From Andalucia godoyi And28 (lineage: Eukaryota > Protista > Jakobida): a stretch of DNA of 64,000 nucleotides. Location of the stretch: contig VRVR01000005.1 of assembly GCA_009859145.1 (NCBI GenBank), positions 339,448 to 403,447 on the forward strand. Direction: 5' to 3'. Each line of letters opens with the position of its first letter. Within the stretch, counting starts at the first letter, position 1. The position numbers were made by a program, and so were the translations under genes. Positions 52,310-62,488 of this stretch are shown piece after piece. The notes under the pieces were generated by a model, which was not told the origin of the DNA, ran no database searches, and was given only the letters and a program-made list of their open reading frames with translations.

Positions 52310-53098
52310 TTATTCCATGCGATGCGTCGCATGGCATTCCGTTTTCTCGTCCTTGCAATGTGCCGTTCCGAGTTGCAAGCTGTTCAGCAGCTCGAGAACA
52401 GAGTCTGCGTCTGGGCGTTTGCAAACCAACACTGGAGGGCAAGAAGCGTGCTGTACTTGGCCGAGCGCACACTGCGTCGTCCTTCCCAGTGCGATGCACG
52501 TAGAGTACGAAAAGACATCGGGAGCCAACCTGTGCACCGTCTTGACTCCCGAAGGACTGAAAAACACTTGGGCAAGCGGCGGCTGATCCTGATCGCACGG
52601 AATCGAAAGCGTGCGCACGCCTTCCATTGTGTACGCAACAACCTCTTCAAAAGCCAATGCCTGCTCACGAAACAGCCGTGGAATGATATCCAGTCGTTGG
52701 TTTCCACAAAGGAATACGACTTTCAAATGCGTACGCTGTGACAGCACAAGATTCGCCAAGCTTGCGGCGTCCTGTCCCTCGGAGGGCGTGCGGACGTCCA
52801 CAAAGCCCATCTCCAGTGCCGCCCTGCCCGTCGTAGGTCCAACAGCGTACAATCGTTTGCGCTTCCATTCCAACAGCTGAGCGTCGGGCAGCATGCCAAG
52901 GGAGGCCAGCGCCCGCTTTGAAGTGATGATCAGCGACTCGAAGAATTGGGGATCCAGCCGCGTAAACGAATCAAGTGTTTCAAACGTTGTGTCCAGCACA
53001 GGAATCGTAGTCACGCGGAAATGCGGCGAGAGTTTGGACAAGAACACGTCGGAATCGGGGTCTTCTGGATTGTCTCGGTACATCCACACAGACCGCAT
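52310..53098 (-). CDS. UROS: Uroporphyrinogen-III synthase
   Basis: IPVLDT, LIITSKRA, YAVGPTT, FLCGNQRLDII, EVVAYT, VFFSPSGV, IALGRTT. Confidence 0.92.
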   Translation of the reverse strand: MRSVWMYRDNPEDPDSDVFLSKLSPHFRVTTIPVLDTTFETLDSFTRLDPQFFESLIITSKRALASLGMLPDAQLLEWKRKRLYAVGPTTGRAALEMGFVDVRTPSEGQDAASLANLVLSQRTHLKVVFLCGNQRLDIIPRLFREQALAFEEVVAYTMEGVRTLSIPCDQDQPPLAQVFFSPSGVKTVHRLAPDVFSYSTCIALGRTTQCALGQVQHASCPPVLVCKRPDADSVLELLNSLQLGTAHCKDEKTECHATHRME

Positions 53099-53439
53099 TC
53101 GCCTAGGCAGTCTCTAATCACAGGCATCAGTAGACGTCCCAAAGACTGGAAAAACCGCCCTCGATTCGAACACGCTGCTTTGTGGTACAAAATTTAAAAA
53201 CTAGAAACGAAAAGAAAAAGGAAAAAAGTACTGGTGTGCTGCAGTGCCGTCGATCGTAGTCTGATGGAGTCTGGGTAGGTCTACGGCAGTTGCTCTCGTT
53301 GTGTTTGGTCTGGACGGACCGCCGAGCGCAGACCGACACAGGAGGGGCGCAAACTCGGAGTTTCGAATATCTTGGATCACGGTGAGATGAAAGCAAGGCA
53401 GAAAGGAAAACATCGGTATAATGCAAGCAAAAATGAAGC

Positions 53440-53445
53440 AAAAAA
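53440..53445 (-). terminator. Pol III terminator (T6) of the 5S rRNA gene
   Basis: A6 on the plus strand at the 3' end of the 5S gene. Confidence 0.75.
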
Positions 53446-53560
53446 GTACAGCACTGGGAATTCCCGAGTGGTCACCCACCTCAGTACTACTCCAGCCTGA
53501 GAGCACTTGACTTCGCAAATCGGACGGGATGCGGTATTTTCACTCTAGTATGGCCGTACC
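53443..53560 (-). rRNA. 5S rRNA (single copy in the window)
   Basis: Reverse complement reads GGTACGGCCATAC...CATCCCGTCCGATTTGCGAAGTCAAG...AGTAGTACTGAGGTGGGTGACCACTCGGGAATTCCCAGTGCTGTAC-TTTT, with eukaryotic 5S landmarks and a paired 5'/3' helix I. Confidence 0.97.
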
Positions 53561-53815
53561 TGAGAGGCACGGTTGCTAGTCAGTTGAAGTACACCAACAC
53601 AAAAAACAAAAAAAAGACGCAGTTGTGGCGATGAGCAGTGCAACCCCCCCGAACGCTGGGAACGTCGAACGCGGCCGGGGGTGCGAGACGCCCACCTGGT
53701 CAATCTATGATAAGCCACACGTGGAGAGGAAAAACCGAGGAATAGTGGGCAAGGGAGATCGATAATATACAGTATGGAGCAAAATGGGAGGAATACAGTT
53801 ACAAGCGCGCACATG

Positions 53816-56800
53816 TCAAGACGAATACGTTTTCTTTCGAGACACGACAACAAAATCGTCCAGATCATGGTAGCTATCAGTGCCGTCTTCATGTGCAAGA
53901 TTCGCATCGACCCATGGGTTTTGGCTGCGTAGCCGTTTCTTTTTTCTTGGCGTAGGCTCTTCAGGCTCGACAACAGAAAAGGAGGTCGACAACGACTGAA
54001 GAATCTCGCTGTCAAAATCGTGGAGATACGGACGCATGGCACTAAACAGACGCACGGTCGTCGAGTTCGCCACGCACTGAAGAACAAAACAAGCGCACAG
54101 ACGGGCTTCTTCCGAAGTCTTCAAATTCGAAATCAAAGACCGTACAAAGCCTCGCAGTTGCTTGCAATGCTCGATACGACTCGCGTTCTCTGGATTAAAC
54201 AACAGCGCGACCAACTTGACATTGCTCGGAACAACACGCCCAACAACAAGGGGAAGCAATTCGTCGATCAGCCGCATCTGCTGATCCTCGGTAAACACAG
54301 ACGTGTAATATTTGAACGTCAGCCGCTCGACAAATCGCAGCAGCGCAGACTGGGATGCATAGGCAATGAGAAATCGACAAACGCGACGAAAGACCAGAAT
54401 ATGCGATACTACCTTCATCTGCAAAAGAGAAAGCAGAACGGACACAATGCTCAAGACGTCCTTTGCTGCATTTTCAAAGAATATAGGCGTCGCAGATTCG
54501 ATGAGGTCGAGACACTTCGTGAGAACAGAGTTGCCAGCATTCAGCTGTACTTCCTGGACCAGCGCCATGGTGCATAAAGTCAGGATATCCGATGTGCGAA
54601 ACAATTTCTTGCCATCAAACAAGCGGTATCCAAGGAATTCGAGCATTGGCGCAGGAATGGATCGTTCGTCCAAAGCCTCCATGCAGACGCTGTACCTCAA
54701 GACATCAATGAGAAAACCCCGAAACGTTTGATATACGGAGGCGCAATCTTGCAAGATTTCCTTCATGAAATGTGGATTCAAGTTTCGAGCGACATCAACA
54801 AGAGCCGGCGACAATGGTGGATAGGTTTCTGGAGACGACCACCACCAACGGCACGTGATCAAATAGACCTCAAACGTCAGGCTCGCAAGTCTGGCATCCA
54901 TGAACAAGTGGTCGCAGAACAGCGGTCCCGCAGACACATAGGCAAATGCCAGCACATCGAGTCCCACTGTGTCATCTAGAGGCCTGCCGGCAAGCGCAGA
55001 TGCCTGCCAGGCTTGGGACAAATCGGGCGCAAGTAACTTCACAATCGAAGATCGCCCAACCAGCTTGCGGAACAACAATGGATGGACAAACACAAAGGAC
55101 GGAGGGCATAGCGATGGGTAATCTGGACGGTAAACCTCGGTACATTTCCCCAAAAGGTACCATCCGAGAACCAGCTGTTCTGCCATCTCCGTGGACCGGA
55201 GCAAAACCGCGCAAATCAGAGAATATGACATGCACAATACACGGAATACATCAACAGACGGCGGCTGCTTGTAAACCCATTGTAGAAAGCGACGATCGAC
55301 CAGGTAGGACGCCAGACGTGACACTACATCCTCTTTGCAGCCAGTCCCCGAGACGCAGATGCATCGGTGCAACGTATCGAAAACAGACGGAATCGGGATG
55401 TCAATACCGCAGATCCTTGTAACTGGCTCTCCTCGGTCTGCAGTCCGAACGGCATCGGAGAGAAACGAGAGAATCCGCGACAGATCGGAAACCATTTTCG
55501 ATTCTGATGTCCCTTGCCAGCTGTTCCCTGGCGAGGAGGATACAATGCCGGAACATGAGATATAGCACGCCGAGTATGTGCAGAGGTAGCGAACGCACGG
55601 AGCATGAACGTGTTGCGCCATCATCCAACTTTGGATGTGCTGTGCATCCTCTGCACGCTGGATGACCCTGTCCACGACCAACACGCGTGCCAGTGCGATG
55701 CATCGCATCATCGCAGTGGACTGTCGAAACGCTGACGATTTTCGAATCCACAGCAAGACGGCATCGCATATCGAGATCGAAGACCTGCAAAGAACAGAAA
55801 TTGCGGAAAACAGAGGAGGAAGGGCGCTGTCTGTACATGTGGTGATCAACTGCAGCAGCCCCGTTCCAAATGCGGAAAAGGAGTCGGCGAACATGTCTGT
55901 TCCAAAGGAAGCCTCCAATACATCCATGAGCACACACAACGGGCTTGTTTGAAGCAGAAACTGGGAATTACCAACATTGGAAGCGGTTCGGTTGACGATG
56001 ATCCGCATCAGACTGCGGGACAGAAATGGGAGGCGTAAGAGCACGGAAGCCAGAAAATCGCAGCACGTTTTCCTCCAGACAACGTGGTGCGCTGTATCAT
56101 TGTCCAACAAACAGGCCAGCAGCTGCTCTGACAGCAGACTCAAAAACGCGACACCAGAGAGGATGGAAACAACATGGCGCCATTCCGCGACATTCTCCAT
56201 CACCAAGCCACTCAAGCAAGCCAGGCATTCTAGCCGCTCCGACTCGCAAGAAAAGCACAATGCCGAAAGAATCATCCTGGCCTTGGTGCTCCTCATGGAC
56301 TTTTTGCAAGAATCCAGAAAACGAACAGTTGTGGTGCGACTTGACGACACGAGCGCAATGAGCGCTGGGGCAACAGAAGTTGCAAACGGTGCTGCTTCAC
56401 ACGTATTTTCGACTAGATCAAACACAAATGCGTGCCAAGGAGACACATTCGCAGAGAGTCTCACGGACGCCAAGTGCTGCGAAATTGCTCTCAGAACAGC
56501 AACGCAAGCATTCTCGCAATCCGAGCCGAGGAGCGTGGAAAACCGATCCAGCAGTACCTTGCGAACGAGTTCGTCGACGACCGGCGGCACTGGAGACAAA
56601 AACATGCATTCAAGGATCGGTGCAATGGAAGATGGCACGCATTTCGCGACCTGTTCTGGAAAGACACCCGAAACGTCAGCGACAACGTCCGCCGGAGAGG
56701 CATCCAGAAAGGCCATGAGCAGGTCAGAAGCAACGGCAGCATGGAACACATCTGATTTTGGATGCGACAAGCTGGCGGCAATTTCCCTGATCTGAGAAAT

Positions 56801-57157
56801 CAGAAACGGTCGAATCAGCATGTGCGACGCCACGGATCGCGCCAGACACTCGCGTAACTGCGAGACGAGACAATCGACAAATCGGCTTGAAACCCTCTCG
56901 CACTTCACAATAGGCTCCGTGATGCACAACACAAACTCTTCTGCAGCCGATTCTCGAAACAGAAAATACGCACAGCATGACTCGAGCAAGGACGATACGG
57001 AGCCATTCTCATCGCTGAATGCCAATGATCTGCACACGTCTCGCACCAGCAAACACTGCTCTTCATTTGAACAAGCAGACAGAAGTTCATCAATCGCCGA
57101 CATGGCAGATCCACTGTTGTCGCGCAAGAACATCAAGAACGATGCGCTGTCCAACAT
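53816..57157 (-). CDS. Large alpha-solenoid protein, tentatively FANCI-like
   Basis: LFSAISVLCRSSISICDAVLLWIRKSS resembles the FANCI monoubiquitination-site segment; basic C-terminal PRKKKRLR. The CDS is solid but the family call is tentative. Confidence 0.55.
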   Translation of the reverse strand: MLDSASFLMFLRDNSGSAMSAIDELLSACSNEEQCLLVRDVCRSLAFSDENGSVSSLLESCCAYFLFRESAAEEFVLCITEPIVKCERVSSRFVDCLVSQLRECLARSVASHMLIRPFLISQIREIAASLSHPKSDVFHAAVASDLLMAFLDASPADVVADVSGVFPEQVAKCVPSSIAPILECMFLSPVPPVVDELVRKVLLDRFSTLLGSDCENACVAVLRAISQHLASVRLSANVSPWHAFVFDLVENTCEAAPFATSVAPALIALVSSSRTTTVRFLDSCKKSMRSTKARMILSALCFSCESERLECLACLSGLVMENVAEWRHVVSILSGVAFLSLLSEQLLACLLDNDTAHHVVWRKTCCDFLASVLLRLPFLSRSLMRIIVNRTASNVGNSQFLLQTSPLCVLMDVLEASFGTDMFADSFSAFGTGLLQLITTCTDSALPPLFSAISVLCRSSISICDAVLLWIRKSSAFRQSTAMMRCIALARVLVVDRVIQRAEDAQHIQSWMMAQHVHAPCVRYLCTYSACYISCSGIVSSSPGNSWQGTSESKMVSDLSRILSFLSDAVRTADRGEPVTRICGIDIPIPSVFDTLHRCICVSGTGCKEDVVSRLASYLVDRRFLQWVYKQPPSVDVFRVLCMSYSLICAVLLRSTEMAEQLVLGWYLLGKCTEVYRPDYPSLCPPSFVFVHPLLFRKLVGRSSIVKLLAPDLSQAWQASALAGRPLDDTVGLDVLAFAYVSAGPLFCDHLFMDARLASLTFEVYLITCRWWWSSPETYPPLSPALVDVARNLNPHFMKEILQDCASVYQTFRGFLIDVLRYSVCMEALDERSIPAPMLEFLGYRLFDGKKLFRTSDILTLCTMALVQEVQLNAGNSVLTKCLDLIESATPIFFENAAKDVLSIVSVLLSLLQMKVVSHILVFRRVCRFLIAYASQSALLRFVERLTFKYYTSVFTEDQQMRLIDELLPLVVGRVVPSNVKLVALLFNPENASRIEHCKQLRGFVRSLISNLKTSEEARLCACFVLQCVANSTTVRLFSAMRPYLHDFDSEILQSLSTSFSVVEPEEPTPRKKKRLRSQNPWVDANLAHEDGTDSYHDLDDFVVVSRKKTYSS

Positions 57158-57190
57158 TCCACAAGCATTATCAAGTCAGTCCAAAACAAC

Positions 57191-57207
57191 CTCTCTCTCT
57201 CTCTCTC

Positions 57208-57240
<33 letters not shown>
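57191..57240. repeat. Compound (CT)n(GTCT)n microsatellite
   Basis: Directly visible; upstream of the minus-strand ATG at 57157. Confidence 0.9.
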
Positions 57241-57587
57241 TCAATAATAACAACGAACTAAATAATAATAAACAAGCACGTCCAAAATGATAATAGAAAG
57301 AAGAAAAACATGAATCCCATTGTCTCCCATCAACTTCCCCATTTTGAGACAGCACATTTTCCCGCGAGCTGAAACGAGAGAGCGCCTCATCCGAAAAGCC
57401 CGCGTCCATCTGCTGTCGCGTGAGTCTTTTTGAAAGTCGTTATTCCAAGTTCTAACTGCGGTCCGCATATCCAGATTGTATTTTTATTTTTTTTTGATTT
57501 TTGTTGTCCTATGTTCGTCTTCTCTTTTTTTCAGTGAACCTTAATTTAGTTTAGTCTAGTCTAGTTTTTTTATGTGCGTATGGAATA

Positions 57588-60311
57588 ATGACGAGTACAA
57601 AATCTGTGCATTCCGAATTTGTGTTTCTTTCTCCGAATGAAATTGCGTCGCAGATTGCAAAAGAGACTCATGATCGTCGAGTTGCGAGACTGCTTCAGGT
57701 TCGTGAACGGGAGCGTGTTTTGGCACAGCTTCGTCGCCGAGCCGCAATGGAAAAGCGTGAAAAGGATGCCGAAAAAGAGAATGTGGAATTTGAATTGAAC
57801 TTCAAGCGTCAGAACCAGCAGAGAATTGCCGAACTGCAGTCGAAAAAACAAGTGCTGAAGAACCGGTTTGGAGAAGCGCATCGAAATGCTCAAAAAGAAC
57901 TCGAGTCTCAGACGGACGCGGCTATTCGAGATGCTCAGACTATGCAGCTGCATCAAACCGTGTATGTCGAAAGGGCGAAAGAAGCCGTCGGGGAAGTGTA
58001 TGAGTCGCAAATTGCGATGCAGGAAGCGTCGGCCGAGCGAGTAGATCGGCTTTCCATTGTCCGAGAAATTGAGGATCATCGAGCCAAGAAGGCGGCGATG
58101 AAGCAGAGAGTGGATCAGGCGGATGCAATTCGAAGAAAAGCAATGGAAAGAGCTGCCCTGATGCGGGCCAATGCTTTGAGAGACGTGGAATTGGATGGCG
58201 GTGGTTCGAGACATGTTCGCGTCATTCGGCACTCAAAGGCAACACCGCCGCCTCCACTTCCATTTGTTCCTCCGGTGGATCCCGCAGTGGAGAAAGAGAG
58301 GCAGCGGAAGATTCGCGAAAGAGAGTCCATTGCCTATGACAGAATTTCTGCGGAAAAGCAAAAGGGTATCTTCCAAAACGAGTTGCAGGATCTGTTGAAG
58401 AGCGATCGACTGAATGCGCTGTCCAAGGTGGAAAAGTCAAGGAAGAGACGGGAGTTCGCACGGAATGCGAAAGCAGCCACGGAGAGGTTTGAGGAGTTGT
58501 TCTTGCACGGAACATCGGCAGCGGAGGAAGACGAAAAAGAAGAGGATGGGAGCTCGACGCACGCAAGCAGTGTCGGTGCGCGGAAAAGAACAGCAGAAGC
58601 TGCTGCTAAATCTTCCCAGAGGCTGGTTGTTGCACAGCCAACGACATCCGCAACAGACGAGTTGGGTGCGGATCTTCTGGGACGCGATGCACGGAAACAA
58701 ACCGACGCAACAGGGTCTGCTACGCTTCGATCGCCGCGGCCCTTGCGACCCGTTCTTCCCGAGTTGGATACGGAAAGCGAGGAAGAGGACGGTGGAGAGG
58801 GTAAGGAAGAGGAAGAGGACGAGAGTGCCGAAATGGCAGAAGAGGATGAAGAGGACTCCACATACAGTCCCTCGCCATCCAGAAGCTCAGAACAATCGTA
58901 CTCGATTGATTCGAGTGAAGTAATGCATTCTTCCTCGGAGTTGCTGTCCAATGTGTCGTCCAGAAAAGGGCAGTCCCCGGCTTCTCACTCTCCGGCATCC
59001 AACATGCGTTTTGCCTCCCGGCCCTCGACGCCGGGCGACATTCCAACTTCTCCTTCGGACCAGTCCCCACTGTCATCACCTTCTGCTGATTCCGAACTGG
59101 AATCACCGTCTCTTGGCACGGAGCTCCATGGCCGCGGATCGGCCCACGATCGTCTTGGAGGACGACTTGGACATTTGCTGGACGATCGGAGTGTGTGGAG
59201 CGAGTCTTCGGAAAAGCTGTCGCAGGGTTCTTCTCTGGTCCCTCACAGCTTGCATTCGGCGTCTTCTGCGTCCGGATCTTTGCACCCTTCGCCAGCAGTC
59301 AGCGTTTCTTCTCCTTCGCCATCGACCTCCCGCTCTGATCTTGAATCGTTTTCTCTGCTGTCCGATGTACCACCCTTCCGTTCCGGCGCAAGTGCAAGTA
59401 TCCACACAGGCATTCGACAGCCTCGTAGGGCTATCGCACGACAAGAAAAGACTGCGAGTGTGTCTTCCAAATCTAGCTCAAACAGCTCCTTCCATCGTCC
59501 TCTCATATCCTTTGAGATGGACTCGTCGTCTTCGGAGTCTCGAACCTCCGGCCAGTCTTCAAAGCCCGCCTCGCCATCTTCGGAAATGGAATCATTCGAT
59601 TTGACGCTGGACCGTCAGTCAGTCTTGTCTTCACCTGCCAGCTCTCCACAGTCGTCAGAGGTGCAGTCTTTCTCTCTCGACTCTATCAGCCCTTCTCCTC
59701 GCATCCGAAAGTCGCACTCTCGTGGTGCTGACAAAATCCCAGACAGCACTCCTTCCTATACACCATCGACGTCCGATGTCGAGTCTCTTGTTCAGGAAAG
59801 ACTGCTGGAGGATGATCACTTGGAAACAGTGCCGTTTGGGCCGCGCAGTGGTGCATTTTCCGAAAAGGCAGAGTTCGAAGGAACCGCTGCTCGCGAAGTA
59901 GGCGGAAGCTCGAAGGATCGGCTGCCGGGAGCATTTTCGGAAGCCACAGAGCTCGCCTTTTCGCTTCAGGTGCAGAGGGAGCCGGCGAATTCTCCTGAGC
60001 GACAAGCGCACCAGCTTCTGAATGCCTTGTCTGCATTTCGGAGGGAAATGTCGGTGCTCACCTCGGAAGCTGAGAGCACTCGGTCGTCGATTGATTCTGG
60101 TTTGTGGGTAACCGGAGTCTCCTCGAGACCCGCAGGTGCTCGAGAGCATCCCACTTCAGATCTTTCTGCTGACGACAGCATAAGCACGCTCTCGTCCGGC
60201 CATCTTCCCGATCACTCCACATCTTCATCCCCGGGTCAACATTCTCTGAGTGATGATGATGATGATGATGATGTTGATGACGATGGTACTGATATCAATG
60301 CATCCATCTAA
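57588..60311 (+). CDS. CEP295/Ana1-like centriolar protein (conserved N-terminal domain, long Ser-rich tail)
   Basis: LSPNEIASQIAKETHDRRVARLLQVRERER...FGEAHRNA matches the CEP295 N-terminal pattern LSPNEE...RRRKLRLLQVREQER...GEGHRQA. Confidence 0.7.
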   Translation: MTSTKSVHSEFVFLSPNEIASQIAKETHDRRVARLLQVRERERVLAQLRRRAAMEKREKDAEKENVEFELNFKRQNQQRIAELQSKKQVLKNRFGEAHRNAQKELESQTDAAIRDAQTMQLHQTVYVERAKEAVGEVYESQIAMQEASAERVDRLSIVREIEDHRAKKAAMKQRVDQADAIRRKAMERAALMRANALRDVELDGGGSRHVRVIRHSKATPPPPLPFVPPVDPAVEKERQRKIRERESIAYDRISAEKQKGIFQNELQDLLKSDRLNALSKVEKSRKRREFARNAKAATERFEELFLHGTSAAEEDEKEEDGSSTHASSVGARKRTAEAAAKSSQRLVVAQPTTSATDELGADLLGRDARKQTDATGSATLRSPRPLRPVLPELDTESEEEDGGEGKEEEEDESAEMAEEDEEDSTYSPSPSRSSEQSYSIDSSEVMHSSSELLSNVSSRKGQSPASHSPASNMRFASRPSTPGDIPTSPSDQSPLSSPSADSELESPSLGTELHGRGSAHDRLGGRLGHLLDDRSVWSESSEKLSQGSSLVPHSLHSASSASGSLHPSPAVSVSSPSPSTSRSDLESFSLLSDVPPFRSGASASIHTGIRQPRRAIARQEKTASVSSKSSSNSSFHRPLISFEMDSSSSESRTSGQSSKPASPSSEMESFDLTLDRQSVLSSPASSPQSSEVQSFSLDSISPSPRIRKSHSRGADKIPDSTPSYTPSTSDVESLVQERLLEDDHLETVPFGPRSGAFSEKAEFEGTAAREVGGSSKDRLPGAFSEATELAFSLQVQREPANSPERQAHQLLNALSAFRREMSVLTSEAESTRSSIDSGLWVTGVSSRPAGAREHPTSDLSADDSISTLSSGHLPDHSTSSSPGQHSLSDDDDDDDVDDDGTDINASI

Positions 60312-60474
60312 ATTCATATTTGTGCATATGCATGATTTTCAAAGAATGCAGACTCCAAACTGTCTGCGGCTGGTTCTTTAATTTCTGTAATGTTCTCAAG
60401 GACTACTATTGCGAATTTACAAAAGTACATATTCGATGAACGGGCTACATAACCTGGCATACTCATCAAAAACA

Positions 60475-61305
60475 CTAGGACTGCTGCAGAGGCTTCTTGT
60501 TGACAAGTTCGTCGGACAGACCATGATTGATGGTGCGATGCTCAGCCTCGTCGTCGCGAACAACACGAACGACGTCCTTGAGGGTGGCATCCGCGGGCAA
60601 ATTCCAGTACACTCGAGCGATTTCGGGCGCAGGGGGATTGGGAATTTCTCCGTTTTCGAGCTGCTTTAAGTAAGCAGTATAGGAAGTGCATGCCTCTTCT
60701 TCAAGGTATCCCACGAAGCGATGTGCGGTCTTTGGCGACAACAGGTACATCCAAAAGTAGGCGTTGAAGAACACTGCCTGCGCAGTAATCACAAACGCTC
60801 GCTCAAGAATGTTCGGCTTCGCAACATGCATGAACGTCATCAGATGCATGCGTTCATTTTCAGCCTCGTCCAGAAGCTTGTTGATCCAGCCATGATCGTC
60901 GCCATTTCGTCGCAAACAGCTCAAGTGCTGCAGCATTCCCGCAACAAATCCCGGGACAGACGCCACCGTTTCGATGACAACTGCTCGCGAGCCATACCGT
61001 TTCGCGAAAAACATGTCGATCGGGACACGAAGCGCCTTCACGCCCATAAACGCAATCTTGTCAGACAGCGTCTTTGGCTCATAGTGGATTGGACCCGTGT
61101 ACTTGGTGACGTACGCGTCGTGGAACGGTACTTTGGTGCCGTCGCTGATCACTTGTGCCGTAGTGTGGATCATGCGCGAGAATGAATTCCGCGACAGCAA
61201 CTGCGCCGCCTGCAACCGGTTCGGCGCAGCCACCATCGCTGCACGGTTCACGAGAGACGCAGAATAGACTGCTTTGCTCACAAGCATGGAACTCGACTGA
61301 AACAT
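60475..61305 (-). CDS. AOX: Mitochondrial alternative oxidase
   Basis: [24 protein letters not shown] and RDDEAEH diiron motifs, with an Arg/Ser-rich presequence-like N-terminus. Confidence 0.97.
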   Translation of the reverse strand: MFQSSSMLVSKAVYSASLVNRAAMVAAPNRLQAAQLLSRNSFSRMIHTTAQVISDGTKVPFHDAYVTKYTGPIHYEPKTLSDKIAFMGVKALRVPIDMFFAKRYGSRAVVIETVASVPGFVAGMLQHLSCLRRNGDDHGWINKLLDEAENERMHLMTFMHVAKPNILERAFVITAQAVFFNAYFWMYLLSPKTAHRFVGYLEEEACTSYTAYLKQLENGEIPNPPAPEIARVYWNLPADATLKDVVRVVRDDEAEHRTINHGLSDELVNKKPLQQS

Positions 61306-62409
61306 TTCTTTTTTCTATTGCCTTTTGCTTTTTGTTTTTTGAATTTGTTTGTTCAACTTTGATTCCTGATGCACAAGCTTTGATATGCTTTTCCAAACAA
61401 ACAAAAAATCAAAATCAAAATCAAAATGAAAAATAAAGGAGCGAAGTTGAGAAGAAGTGGTTTTGGGAGATAAAAATTCGCGATGCAGTTTTTGATCATA
61501 TCGGGGAGTTCTCAAGCGGGTCGCGAAATGTATTTTTGGCCCCAGCTTTCCCGATCACCTAATGCGTTACCATAGACGGCTATCCAAAATCTCCGCTATT
61601 TCCCTTCCTTTCTTTCCTTTCACACGTTGCCGATGCCAAGCACGCCCCAGACGAGAAACCTGCTGTCGAGGCTGTCATCGCAGGGAGATCTCGGTGCGCA
61701 ATCTCCTTGGTTGCAGGATAAGATTCTGGAATGCTGCGTTTCTTCACGTCTTCGAAAAGAACAATCCATGAAATTCTGATCCCTTCTTCTGCTGCACATT
61801 ACTTACGCCAGCGAAAAAACGCACACCGCGTGCCCGTTCTTTTCCGGCCAGAACCGCTAAAGAGGCGTGCAATTGGAAGAGATGACCAAGTGAGGTTCGT
61901 GAAGAATCGACGGTTGCGGGAGTGTCATACCACGCTGGGTTGCTTTAACAAATTTTAAAAAATGGACGTTGCAAAAAATACAGGTTTACTTCTCGCCACG
62001 GAAACACTGCGCTGACGGCGTGTCGATGGCGACTGCCGCTCACGGTTTTGGGGGCTTTGTCTGGTTCTTTGGAATTTTCCAGTTGAAAACCATACTGATC
62101 CGTGATTGTTCGGCTTCATGCTAGGTCCATATTTTAGATTCACCGCATACCACTCTAATTTTTCCAAAAGCCCGGTTGTCTTTCAATCAAAAACACACGA
62201 CGCTTGTGACATATCCAATCGCAGAATTCAGCCAGCAGGTAGAAAGTAAGTTGGGGTGCGGATGAAGCTGCATCTGTCGTAACTTCTCCGGACATTCATT
62301 TTTTCTGTCTACAGTGATTGTATTTTAGATTCAGGCTTCCGAGTTCTCTCATCCCGAGTTTCGTCGGGTTTCTTAGTCTCAAAATACAGACAACAGAAGA
62401 CGACGAAAA

Positions 62410-62418
<9 letters not shown>

Positions 62419-62472
<54 letters not shown>
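62419..62472. repeat. (GA)27 microsatellite
   Basis: Perfect dinucleotide run ending 16 nt before the ATG at 62489. Confidence 0.95.
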
Positions 62473-62476
<4 letters not shown>

Positions 62477-62488
62477 GGAAAACAAAGG

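Noticed and set aside
37966-53098. tRNA-Glu and UROS as a C5 tetrapyrrole pathway cluster
   Set aside because: They are 14 kb apart, there is no glutamyl-tRNA reductase or GSA aminotransferase in the window, and the tRNA is an ordinary U1-A72 eukaryotic type.
53161-53175. B-box-like GTTCGAATC on the minus strand near the 5S gene
   Set aside because: No cloverleaf or acceptor stem could be folded around it.
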